Shown piece by piece: positions 52,501 through 64,000 of a DNA stretch of 64,000 nucleotides. Within the stretch, counting starts at the first letter, position 1. The number at the start of each line of letters is the position of its first letter. The notes beneath the pieces were generated by a model. The model saw only the letters and a list, made by a program, of their open reading frames with translations, ran no database searches and was not told the DNA's origin. The DNA is from Squalus acanthias (taxonomy: Eukaryota). Where the stretch lies: assembly GCA_030390025.1 (NCBI GenBank), contig CM059431.1:98954001-99018000 (forward strand), given 5' to 3'. The position numbers and the translations under genes are program-made.

Positions 52501-55500
52501 TGTTACAGTAATGGTCGTGTTTATTGTACACTTGCAGTAATGGTCGTGTTTATTGTTACACTGTTACAGTATTGGTCGTGTATATTGTTACAGTATTGGT
52601 CGTGTATATTGTTACAGTATTGGTCGTGTTTATTGTTGCACTGCTACAGTAATGGTATTGTTACAGTAATGATCCTGTTTATTGTTACACTGTTACAGTA
52701 ATGACCGTGTTTATTGTTACACTGTTACAGTAATGGTTGTGTTTATTGTTACACTGTTACAGTAATGGTCGTGTTTATTGTTACACTGTTACAGTATTGG
52801 TCGTGTATATTGTTACAGTAATGGTCGTGTTTATTGTTACAATAATGGTCGTGTTTATTGTTACACTGCTACAGTAATGGTCGTGTATATTATTACACTG
52901 TTACAGTAATGGTCGTATTTATTGTTACACTGTTGCAGTAATGGTTGTGTTTATTGTTACACTGTTACAGTATTGGTCGTGTATATTGTTACAGTAATGG
53001 TTGTGTTTATTGTTACAGTAATGGTCGTATTTATTGTTTTTATTGTTACACTGTTACAGTAATGGTCGTGTTTATTGTTACACTGTTGCAGTAATGGTCG
53101 TGTTTATTGTTACACTGTTGCAGTAATGGTCGTGTTTATTGTTACACTGTTGCAGTAATGGTCATGTTTATTGTTATATTGTTGCAGTAATGGTCGTATT
53201 TATTGTTACATTGTTACAGTAATGGTCCTGTTTATTACACTAATACAGTAATGGTCGTGTTTATTACACAGTTACTGTAATGGTCGTGTTTATTACACTG
53301 TTACTGTAATGGTCGTGTTTATTGTTGCACTGTTACAGTAATGGTCGTGTTTATTGTTACATTGTTACAGTAATGGTCGTGTTTATTGTTGCACTGTTGC
53401 AGTAATGGTCGTGTTTATTGTTACATTGTTACAGTATTGGTCGTGTTTATTGTTACACTGTTACAGTAATGTTCCTGTTTATTGCTACACTGATGGTCGT
53501 GTTTATTGTTACGCTGTTACAGTAATGGTCGTGTTTATTGTTACAGTAATGGTCATGTTTATTACACTGTTACAGTAATGATCGTGTTTTTTTACACTGT
53601 TACAGTAATGGTCGTGTTTAATGTTACACTGTTACAGTAATGGTCATGTTTATTGTTACGCTGTTACAGAAATGGTCGTGTTTATTACAGCAATGGTCGT
53701 GTTTATTGTTACACTGTTACAGTAATGGTCGTGTTTATTGTTACGCTGTTACAGTAATGGTCGTGTTTATTGTTACAGTAATGGTCGTGTTTATTGTTAC
53801 AGTAATGGTCGTGTTTATTGTTACACTGTTGCAGTAATGGTCGTGTTTATTGTTAGTTACAGTAATGGTCGTGTTTATTGTTACACTGTTACAGTATTGG
53901 TCGTGTATATTGTTACAGTAATGGTCGTGTTTATTGTTACAGTAATGGTCATATTTATTGTTTTTATTGTTACACTGTTACAGTAATGGTCGTGTTTTAT
54001 TTTAAACTGTTGCAGTAATTGTCGTGTTTATTGTTACATTGTTACAGTAATAGTCCTGTTTATTACACTGTTACTGTAATGGTCGTGTTTATTACACTGT
54101 TACTGTAATGGTCGTGTTTATTGTTGCACTGTTACAGTAATGGTCGTGTTTATTGTTACATTGTTACAGTATTGGTCGTGTTTATTGTTACACTGTTACA
54201 GTAATGGTCCTGTTTATTGCTACACTGATGGTCGTGTTTATTGTTACGCTGTCACAGTAATGGTCGTGTTTATTGTTACAGTAATGGTCGTGTTTATTAC
54301 ACTGTTACAGTAATGGTCGTGTTTTTTTACACTGTTGCAGTAATGGTCGTGTTTATTGTTACACCGTTACAGTAATGGTCGTGTTTATTGTTACACCGTT
54401 ACAGTAATGGTCGTGTTTATTGTTACACCGTTACAGTAATGGTCGTGTTTATTGTTACAGTAATGGTCGTGTTTATTGTTACACTGTTGCAGTAATGGTC
54501 GTGTTTATTGTTACTGTAATGGTCGTGTTTATTGTTGCACTGTTACAATAATGGTCGTGTTTATTGTTGCACTGTTGCAGTAATGGTCGTGTTTATTGTT
54601 ACTGTAATGGTCGTGTTTATTGTTGCACTGTTACAATAATGGTCGTGTTTATTGTTGCACTGTTGCAGTAATGGTCGTGTTTATTGTTACATTGTTACAG
54701 TATTGGTCGTGTTTATTGTTACACTGTTACAGTAATGGTCCTGTTTATTGCTACACTGATGGTCGTGTTTATTGTTACACTGTTGCAGTAATGGTCGTGT
54801 TTACTGTTAGTTACAGTAATGGTCGTGTTTATTGTTACACTGTTACAGTATTGGTCGTGTTTATTGTTACTGTTACAGTAATGGTCGTGTTACACTGTTG
54901 CAGTATTGGTCGTGTTTATTGTTACACTGTTACAGTAATGGTTGTGTTTATTGTTACACTGTTACAGTATTGGTCATGTTTATTGTTGCGCTGTTACAGA
55001 AATGGTCGTGTTTATTGTTGCGCTGTTACAGAAATGGTCGTGTTTATTGTTGCGCTGTTACAGAAATGGTCGTGTTTATTGCGCTGTTACAGAAATGGTC
55101 ATGTTTATTGCGCTGTTACAGAAATGGTCGTATTTATTGTTGCGCTGTTACAGAAATGGTCGTGTTTATTGTTGCGCTGTTACAGAAATGGTCGTGTTTA
55201 TTGTTGCGCTGTTACAGAAATGGTCGTGTTTATTGTTGCGCTGTTACAGAAATGGTCGTGTTTATTGTTACGCTGTTGCAGTAATGGTCGTGTTTATTGT
55301 TACACTGTTGCAGTAATGGTCGTGTTTACCGTTAGTTACAGTAATGGTCGTGTTTATTGTTACACTGTTACAGTATTGGTCGTGTTTATTGTTACTGTTA
55401 CAGTAATGGTCGTGTTACACTGTTGCAGTATTGGTCGTGTTTATTGTTACACTGTTACAGTAATGGTTGTGTTTATTGTTACACTGTTACAGTATTGGTC

Positions 55501-56030
55501 ATGTTTATTGTTGCGCTGTTACAGAAATGGTCGTGTTTATTGTTGCGCTGTTACAGAAATGGTCGTGTTTATTGCGCTGTTACAGAAATGGTCATGTTTA
55601 TTGCGCTGTTACAGAAATGGTCGTGTTTATTGTTTCGCTGTTACAGAAATGGTCGTGTTTATTGTTGCGCTGTTACAGAAATGGTCGTGTTTATTGTTGC
55701 GCTGTTACAGAAATGGTCGTGTTTATTGTTGCGCTGTTACAGTAATGGTCGTGTTTATTGTTGCGCTGTTACAGAAATGGTTGTGTTTATTAGTGTTACT
55801 GTAATGGTCGTGTTTTTTGTTAGTTACAGTAATGTTCATGTTTATTGTCAGTTGCAGTAATGGTTGTGTTTATTACATTGTTGCAGTAATCGTCGTGTTT
55901 GTTACACTGTTACAGTAATGGTCGTATTTATTGTTACACTGTTACAATAATGGTCGTGTTTATTGTTACACTGTTACAGTAATGGTCGTGTTTGTTACGC
56001 TGTTTCAGTATTGTGTTATTACGGTAATGG
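49504..56030. repeat. ~6.5-kb minisatellite, ~32-bp unit
   Basis: Consensus GTTACAGTAATGGTCGTGTTTATTGTTACACT with 23-, 29- and 30-bp deletion variants. Confidence 0.98.
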
Positions 56031-56674
56031 GCGCATTAGATTTTTTGTCTAATTACCGGATGACTTGATTTGTTTTAATTACATTGTTTTAAAAATTGAA
56101 TGATCCAGAAATATATGCTTGCTCCTCTTCCACGAAAGGTAGAGCAGAGTCTGTGTCTTCACTGAGAGTACCAATGTTCCAACATAACCTTCCCCTGCAA
56201 ATTTCGTGTGGAGAGGGAAGCCTAGAGGTGCAGCGATGGGCTGGAATAAAGCAGTGTGCACCTAAAAGAGGCAGACACCCAACCAAGAAACTCCCCTCAA
56301 TGGCCAGGGATTACCCGAGTTTCAGTAAACACTGCTGGGTATAAACTGAATTTGAAAACTGAAAATTGCTACGTCTATGAGTTGTAACTGGTCATTGGGT
56401 ATTTGATGGAATAATTATATATCAGGGTGGGGCTTTATTACATGTTTAACAACAGTGTAAATGTTTTGAATATCTAGTTAATGCACAACATCTAGGAATT
56501 CCATTGTGCTGTGTCGTGGTGTAATAGGAATACGTTTCATACTCGCAACACTTAGTTCCTAACTGTCAGCTGTGTGTGGGCACATTGAGACCTTGAAGGA
56601 AAGGGAAGAAAAATAGAAAGTAGCTGTACAAAAATGTAACTCGCTAATTTTTTAAAAAACAATTCTGTTCCTAG

Positions 56675-56757
56675 TGGAAAGACATCGAAAGAAGAAGATT
56701 AACTCTGGAATAAATAAAATTGGAGAACTTATTCCATGCTCTCCCGCGCTGAAGCAG
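56675..56757 (+). CDS. USF3: USF3 coding exon (basic region/helix 1/loop, 83 nt)
   Basis: cctag|TG GAA AGA...AAG CAG|gtaaaa = (V)ERHRKKKINSGINKIGELIPCSPALKQ. Confidence 0.96.
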
Positions 56758-57091
56758 GTAAAACTGTTTCCAATATTTTACCTCTTTGGATTTGAAAATC
56801 GTTAGTATAGACTAAATAGGTAATAAAAACACATGCATCTACTGATCGACTGAGGGCACTTAACTGGGACACTACCCAAAACATTAACCTGCCTCTTATT
56901 TTTTCAAATGCTGATAGACCTGCTCTCTCTCTTTTTCATTTTTATCTACGAGTAATACTTGATGGAGCCTTGGGAAATAAAACATGGAGATTCAACCCCA
57001 GTCAGTCTTTTAAAAAGCCCTTAAACACTGAACCCAGGATGTGGAGCACCTGCAGTGAATGGGACACCCTGGCCTGCCATCAGTGCAACAT

Positions 57092-59180
57092 CACCTCCAT
57101 TCCCCACCAGGATGGCCTGAGGGCGCTCCGCTTCTTCCTTGAACAGAGGCCCAACCAGTCCCCATCCACCACCACCCTCCTCCGCCTGGCTGAACTTGTT
57201 CTCACATTGAACAACTTCTCCTTTGACTCTACCCATTTCCTCCAAATTAAAGGTGTTGCTATGGGTACCCGCATGGGTCCTAGCTATGCCTGCCTTTTCG
57301 TGGGATATGTGGAACACTCTTTGTTCCAGTCCTACTCGGGTCCCCCTCCCTCACCTCTTTTTCCGGTACATTGATGACTGTATCGGTGCCGTCTCCTGCT
57401 CTCGCCCTGAACTAGAACATTTCATTCACTATGCTTCCAATTTCCACCCTTCCCTCACCTTCACATGGTCCATCTCCGACTCTTCCCTTCCCTTCCTCGA
57501 CTTCTCCATCTCCATCTCTGGGGATAGGTTATTGACTAACATTCACTACAAGCCCACCGACTCCCACAGCTACCTGGACTACACTTCCTCCCACCCCGCC
57601 TCCTGTAAGGACTCTATTCCATTCTCCCAGTTTCTCCGTCTCCGCCGCATCTGCTCTGATGATGCCACCTTCCATACCAGTGCTTCCGACATGTCTTCCT
57701 TTTTCCTCAACCGAGGATTCCCCTCTACCGTGGTCGACACGGCCCTCGACCGTGTCCGTTCTATCTCCCGCACATCTGCCCTCACCCCTGCCCCTCCCTC
57801 CCGGAACCACGATAGGGTTCCCCTTGTCCTCACCTTTCACCCCACCAGCCTCCACATTCAACGGATCATCCTCCGCCATTTCCGCCACCTCCAGCGTGAT
57901 CCCACCACCAAACACATCTTCCCCTCACCTCCCCTTTCAGCATTCCGTAGGGACCGCTCTCTCCGCGACACCCTAGTCCACTCCTCTACCACCCCCAGCA
58001 CCCCTTCCCCTTCGCCCGGCACCTTCCCGTGCACGCGCAGGAGATGCAACACATGCCCTTATACCTCCCCTCTTCCCACTGTCCAGGGCCCCTAACACCC
58101 CTTCCAGGTGAAACAGCGATTTATTTGTACTTCCTGCAATTTAGTATACTGTATTCGCTGCTCACGATGTGGACTCCTCTACATTGGGGAGACCAAACGC
58201 AGATTGGGTGACCGCTTTGCGGAACACCTCCGTTCAGTCCGTAAGGGGGACCCCGAGCTCCCGGTGGCCTGTCACTTTAATTCACCGCTTCACTCCCACT
58301 CTGACCTCACCGTCCTCGGCCTATTACACTGTTCCACGGAAGCTCAGCGTAAGCTCGAGGAACAGCACCTCATCTTTCGTTTAGGCACGCTACAGCCCTC
58401 TGGACTCAATATCGAGTTCAACAATTTTAGATCATAACCTCAGCTCCAATCACATTTATATTTTATTTTATCCACCTTTTTATTTGTCCCCCCCCACCTT
58501 TTTTTTTCCTCCTAGAAGCTGGCAGCTGTCCTTCATTCTGCCAGTGGATTTCACACTTCATTCAGCCTTAATCTGTCACATTAACACCACCTCTAGCCTT
58601 GCATATCTCTTAATGTCTCTTAATGTCTCTTCATTTCCCCCTTTGTTCCTTTATCCCCTCCCCCTTTTCCCAGCTTTACCCTGGCCTTAAATCTATTTGA
58701 TTTCCGGCTCTTCCCAGTTCTGATGAAAGGTCTGCGTGGGTTTTCTCCGGGTGCTCCGGTTTCCTCCCACTGTCCAAAAATGTGCGGGTTAGGTTGATTT
58801 GGCTATGATAAATTGACCCTTAGTGTTAGGGGGGGGATTAAATATGTGGGGTTATGGGGATAGGATGGGATATGTTAGGGGGAATTAAATACGTGGGGTT
58901 ACGGGGGTCGGGTGGGATATGTGTACTGTGGGGATTAAAGCAGGGACAGGGTACTGGATTTGAATGATCAGCCATGATCGTATTGAATGGTGGTGCAGGC
59001 TCGACGGGCCGAATGGCCTACTCCTGCTCCTAGATTCTATGTTTCTATGTTTATGTTTCTATGTCATCGACCTGAAACGTTAACTCTCTTTCTCTCTCCA
59101 CGGATGCTGCCTGGCCTGCTGAGTTTTTCCAGCGTTTTCTGTTGTTATTTCGGATTTCCAGCATCCGCAGTATTTTGCTA
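57092..59180 (+). mobile_element. Penelope-like element (RT + Cys-rich linker + GIY-YIG), 5'-truncated, disrupted
   Basis: QIKGVAMGTRMGPSYA, RYIDD, LPFLD, CTRRRCNTC, LVYCIRC..CGLLYIGETKR; frameshift near 57345; in-frame TAA at 58093-58095. Confidence 0.95.
58733..59062 (+). mobile_element. Chimeric insert: V-SINE body + CR1 3' UTR
   Basis: 5' part matches 60265-60405; 3' part matches CR1 tails such as 22300-22417; GTC on both flanks. Confidence 0.8.
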
Positions 59181-59419
59181 TCGTATATGTTGATTCTGGA
59201 CCTTGGCTGCCTAAAATGGATGATTTCAGAACCAAAACCAAAGAGTATTATGTTTTAAATTATACAACTTGAAAATATAGCTGTTCCAGGGGGATTGGGC
59301 AATACCAGGGAGTGATGGCACTCACCCATAAATTACATTCCTGAGAAAGGAGCCCTTTCATTGACAGAAGGGAGATATTAATTGTTTAATGGTGTGTGTG
59401 TGTGTGTGCGTGCACGCTC

Positions 59420-60570
59420 ACAAATGGTCACCGTGCCAAAGGAGAGAATGTTGGGAGGAGTGACAAAAGACCTGGTCAATGAGGCATCTTTTATGGAGAG
59501 TCTAAAAGGAAGAGAGGGAAGTGGAGAGGCGTAGGGGTTTAGAGAGGGAATTCCAGAGATTGGAATAAAGGTGGGGCAAAGGGAGAGAGGGGTGGAGTCA
59601 GGGGAAGGAGAGTTCGATTGGGTGGGGGGGTGCGGGAGAGGGATTGTAGCGCTCGACATGGTTACAGAGATGGGGAAGGGTGAAGCCATGGAGGAGATTA
59701 AACACCAGGATGAGAATTTTAATTTTGAGTTATTGATAGCTGGGAGCCAGTGTTGGTTAGCGAGAGCAGGTGTGGTGAGTGAGCAAGGCTTGGTCTGGGA
59801 GAGAATGCAGGTAGCAGAGTTTTGGATGAGCTGAATTTTACAGAGGGTGGAGGAAAGGCGGGCTGGCCAGGAGAGCTTTGGAGGTGACAAAAACATGAAG
59901 GACGGGTTCAGTGGTAGATGGCTGAGGCAGGGGCTGAGGTGAGTGATGATACGGAGGTGGAAGTTGGCAGTATTTATAATGGGGAGGACATGAGGTCGGA
60001 AGCTCAGCTCGGGGTTGAATAGGACACTGAGTTTGTGAACAATCTGGTTCGCCCTGAGACAGTGGGTGGGCAGGTGATGGAATCGGTGGCAAGGGTACGG
60101 TGTTTATGGCGGGCCGAAGCCGATTGCTTCGGTTTTCCTAATGCTTAACCAGGGGAACACGGTGGCATAGTGGTTAGCACTGTTGCCTCACAGCGCCAGG
60201 GACCCGGGTTCAAATCCGGCCTCGGGTGACTGTCTGTGTGGAGTTTGCACATTCTCCCCGTGTCTGCGTGGGTTTCCTCCGGGTGCTCCGGTTTCCTCCC
60301 ACAGTCCAAAGATGTGCGGGTTAGGTTGATTTGGCTATGATAAATTGACCCTTAGTGTTAGGGGGATTAAATACGTGGGGTTACGGGGATAGGGTGGGAT
60401 ATGTGTCGGTGCAGGCTCGATGGGCCGAAATGGCCTCTATCTGCACTGTGGGGATTCTGTGATTCTGTGAAATTGTGGCTCATCCAGGACTGGATGTCGG
60501 GCAAGCAGTCTGACGGCCCAGAGGCAGTGGAGGGTTCGAGAGGGGTGGTGGAATGATATAAGATGAGGAA
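59420..60570 (-). mobile_element. Old L2 fragment interrupted by a SINE
   Basis: IQLIQNSATCILS...HWLP remnants. Confidence 0.7.
60152..60470 (+). mobile_element. Full-length HE1/V-SINE-like tRNA-derived SINE
   Basis: A box TGGCATAGTGG, B box GGTTCAAATCC, V-domain GTGGGTTTCCTCCGGGTGCTCCGGTTTCCTCCCAC, CR1-like tail ending (GATTCTGT)2. Confidence 0.9.
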
Positions 60571-60585
60571 GAGGAGGGATCCAAG

Positions 60586-61327
60586 GATAGGAACAGGAGG
60601 AGGCCATCCAGCCCCTCAACCTTGTTTCGCTATTCAATTAGATCATGACTGATCTGTACCTCAACTCCATTTACCCGCCTTAGCTCCGTATCCCTTGATA
60701 CCCTTACCTAACAAAAGTCTATCGATCTCAATCTTGAAAACTCCAATTGACCCCCAGCATCCCCACGGCCTTTTGGCGGGAGAGAATTCCGGATTTCTAT
60801 TATCATTTGTGTCAAAAATACAAGTGCTTTTTTCTTTTGCTCCTAAATGGCCTGGCTCTAATTTTAAGATGATCTCCTCTCGTTATTGATTCCCTCCCAC
60901 CACCACCAGAGGAAATAGTTTCTCTGTATCTACAAAATCCTTTTAACATTTTAAACACCTCGATCAGATCACCCCTCAATCTTCTATACAAGCCTAGTCT
61001 ATGCAACCTGTCCTCATAATTAAACCCTCTCAGCCTTGGTATCATTCTGGTGAATCTGCGCTGCCCCCCCTCCAAGGCCAATATCTCCTTCCTGAGGTGC
61101 TGGCCCAGAACTGAACGCAGTGACTCCAGATGTGGGTCTGAACAAGGCTCTGTACAGCTGCAGCATCGCTTCCTCCCCTTTGTATTCCAGTCCCTTTGAG
61201 ATAAAGGCCAAAATTCCAATAGCTTTTTGATTGATTTTTCTACCTGTATACTAGCTTTAAATAATTTTTGTACTTGGACTCCCAAATCCCTTTGCTCCTC
61301 TACAGTTCCTAGTTCCTCACCATTTAG
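60586..61327 (-). mobile_element. CR1 3' fragment
   Basis: [31 protein letters not shown]. Confidence 0.88.
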
Positions 61328-61347
61328 TTGTACCATTGAACCATAAA

Positions 61348-61795
61348 AAAAGAAAGACTTGGATTTCTACAGCGCCTTTCACGACCACTGGACGTCCCAA
61401 AGTGCTTTACAGCCAATGAAGTACTTTTTTGAAGTGTCGTCACTGTTGTAATGTAGGAAATACAGTAGCCATTTGCGCACAGCAAGCTCCCACAAACAGC
61501 AATGTGATAAATGACCAGATAATCTGTTTTAATGATGTTGATTGAGGGATAAATATTGGCCAGAACACCGGGGAGAACGCTCCTGCTCTTCTTCGAAGTA
61601 GTGCCTTGGGATCTATTACATCCACCTGAGAGAGCAGACGGGGCCTCAGTTTAACGGCACCTCTGACAGTGCAGCGGAGCTCAGTACTGCACTGGAGTGT
61701 CAGCCTGGAATTTTGTGCTGAAGTCTCTGGAGTGGGGCTTGAACCCACGACCTTCTGACTCAGAGGCGAGGGTGCTGCCCACTGAGCCACGGCTG
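61348..61795 (-). mobile_element. Deu-domain SINE
   Basis: Paralogue of 4612-5052; another tail begins at about 63925. Confidence 0.8.
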
Positions 61796-61910
61796 GCACA
61801 TGACATCAGCTTATTTTAACTGTAGGCCGTAGCCCAGTTTTCCCCCTCACTGCTTTTAAAAGCGCTAATGGACTGGGTTTTGTTAACCTACATTTTCCTG
61901 TTGTTTTCAG

Positions 61911-62007
61911 AGTAAAAACATGATACTAGACCAAGCATACAAGTACATTTCAGAGCTGAAGAGGCAGAATGATGAAATTCTGTTGAATGGAGGAACCAAA
62001 GAACAAG
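61911..62007 (+). CDS. USF3: USF3 coding exon (helix 2/zipper start, 97 nt)
   Basis: ttttcag|AGT AAA AAC ATG...GAA CAA G|gtaagc = SKNMILDQAYKYISELKRQNDEILLNGGTKEQ. Confidence 0.96.
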
Positions 62008-64000
62008 GTAAGCATGTGATGCAATTATTGTGTAATCACTTCCATTGCTGTAGCCAAGTCTCACACCATCCCGACTTGGACTTATATCGTCGCTGGGTCA
62101 AAATCCTGGAACTCCCTCCCTAACAGCACTGTGGGAGTACCTTCAACACACGGACTGCAGCGGTTCAAGAAGGCGGTTCACCACCACCTTCTCAAGGGCA
62201 ATTAGGGATTCCCAGCGACGCCCACATCCCGGGAATTTTTTTTTAAACTTAGGTCCAGCATAAGCATAACTTTCAGTTTCCATCAGTAACTTGTTTTCTC
62301 TTTCCCCTGTCCTACTTTGTTCATGCTGCTTTGTATGCAACAGAATGGTTAAGGTTTTGACAGAGAATATCATCATAGTTAAGTATGAACCGAACCATTC
62401 CTGGGGCCTGTGCCTTACTGGTGTCGACGGAGCCCCACAGTCCCCTGTGCTCAACACAGGGCGAGCAGTACGTGAGAGCAAACACGATCAGCAGAGACAA
62501 GGCATGGGAGCAAACACGATCAGCAGAGACAAGGCATGGGAGTAAACACGTTCATCACAAAACAACTGAGATCATGTTTAATTGAGACTGTCCAGAATTA
62601 TTATTTTTTTTAAAGAGTGAAAGACTGTTGAAATTCTGTGTATTTGAAGGATACACAGTGGGGGGAGTTCAAAACGAGGGGCCATAAATATAAGACAGTC
62701 ACTAATAAATCCAATAGGGAATTCAGGAGAAACTTCTTTACCCAAAGAGTGGTGAGAATGTGCAACTCGCTACAACATGGAGTGGGTGAGGCGAATAGCA
62801 TAGATGCCTTTAAGGGGAAGCTACATTAGTACGAGGGAGAAAAGAATAGAAGGATATGTTGATAGGGTGAGATGAACTAGGGTTGCAAGAGGCTCGTGTG
62901 GAGCATAAACACCGGTATGGACCAGTTGGGCCAAATGGCCTGTTTCTGTGCTGTATATTCTATGTAATTCTGTGGACAGAGCAGACGGCAGTAGGAGATG
63001 GGCCTCTGACTTGATGGGAGGGGTAACGAGAGAGTGCGCGCTCTCGCACGCTACTGCCCAACTGTACAACAAAAAGAAAGAAATCAGCAAAGGCTGAAAG
63101 TCCATAACAACCTGGTCATCCACTTCCGTGCATCTCCTCATTTCCCCCAGATTATCAAGATCCTATCAAAACTCTTGAGGAACAGGTTGCAGGTATTTTG
63201 AATGCTTAGCCCTACTGGAGGAACATTTCCATTAGCTGCCAGATCAGATAGGATGGACCTCCCAGTGTGTCGCTATGAGAGGAGTGATGAGAATTGCCTT
63301 CCACTGCCAGTGACTTGGATCGAGACTGGTCTGCTGGCATTCAGTCCAAAGGTTTTCTTGCACAACCCTGCATGATTCTGACCCTGCCACTGGTGTGAAG
63401 ATACTCTGTGTAGCTCAGCAGCTTGCTTTGCCTGTTCCAAAGAAGAAATAAAGAGTGTAGCGGTGAATAGTGTGTCCTCTGTGTGGTTCTTTTTATTTCA
63501 AGGAATGCTGGAAGAGGAGGATGGTTTGAGTGACTAGATCTTTTGAACAGCTTACATCAGCATTAAGTTGAAAGGCAGTGGGTGGCCTTTATTTTGTTTC
63601 ACCATTTGATTTGAAACACAGCATAAACATACGGTTACTTTAAACCTATGAAAGCAATAGGAATGTCATGGGGCGTTGGCTGAAGAACTTCTTTCATGAC
63701 AGGATGAAGAACTGAAGGCACCTTCATGTAGGAAGGGGGAAGACGCCTTTGCAGTGACAGGCATCCATGTCATTTTTGCTTTGTTGGATGGGCAACCTAC
63801 CCATGGTATATTGAGAATATTAAAAATGATTAAGTATTGGGAAGGTTAACTCTTAACACCTTTCTGCAAGAGCATCTTGTGCTGGTCAGTTATGGAAGCT
63901 CTTGTCATTGTCCAAGGCATAAAGAAAGAAAGACTGGCATTTCTACAGCGCCTTTCACGACCACCGGACGTCCCAAAGCGCTTTACAGCCAATTAAGTAC

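Noticed and set aside
49538..55860. Many ORFs, up to 394 aa, rich in C/Y/V
   Set aside because: They are translations of the minisatellite in which variant units lost the TAA; no splice or codon evidence
49504..56030. CRISPR array or recursive-splice-site array
   Set aside because: No unique spacers; CAGTAAT shares one G and is not an AG|GT ratchet site
60152..60230. tRNA gene
   Set aside because: A and B boxes run directly into a SINE body and LINE-derived tail
62474..62552. 32-bp direct duplication (similar small ones near 43585-43637 and 43840-43935)
   Set aside because: Ordinary short slippage duplications with no further structure

Overview
Eukaryotic, vertebrate genomic DNA, most likely from a cartilaginous fish (inferred from HE1/V-SINE-like and SacSINE/Deu-type SINEs plus dense CR1, L2, RTE and Penelope-like retroelements). 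Two host genes lie on the + strand, in the same order and orientation as in human. The first is NAA50: its last two coding exons (3679-3745, 5171-5342) and 3' UTR. The second is USF3 (KIAA2018): a CpG-island promoter at about 27.3-28.4 kb and four coding exons (43430-43476, 46118-46146, 56675-56757, 61911-62007) that splice in frame to give the bHLH domain; the large last exon lies beyond the window. Most of the remainder is nested, truncated transposons plus a 6.5-kb intronic minisatellite. The most notable structures are a near-perfect 432-bp-arm palindrome formed by a Penelope-like element with a hammerhead ribozyme on each strand, further hammerhead motifs (one split by a chimeric SINE-LINE insert), two other 5' fold-back junctions, a GC-AG intron before a 29-nt microexon, and a candidate 42-nt cassette exon. 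I found no wholly new multi-gene system. Gene names rest on recalled orthologue sequences, not on a database search.
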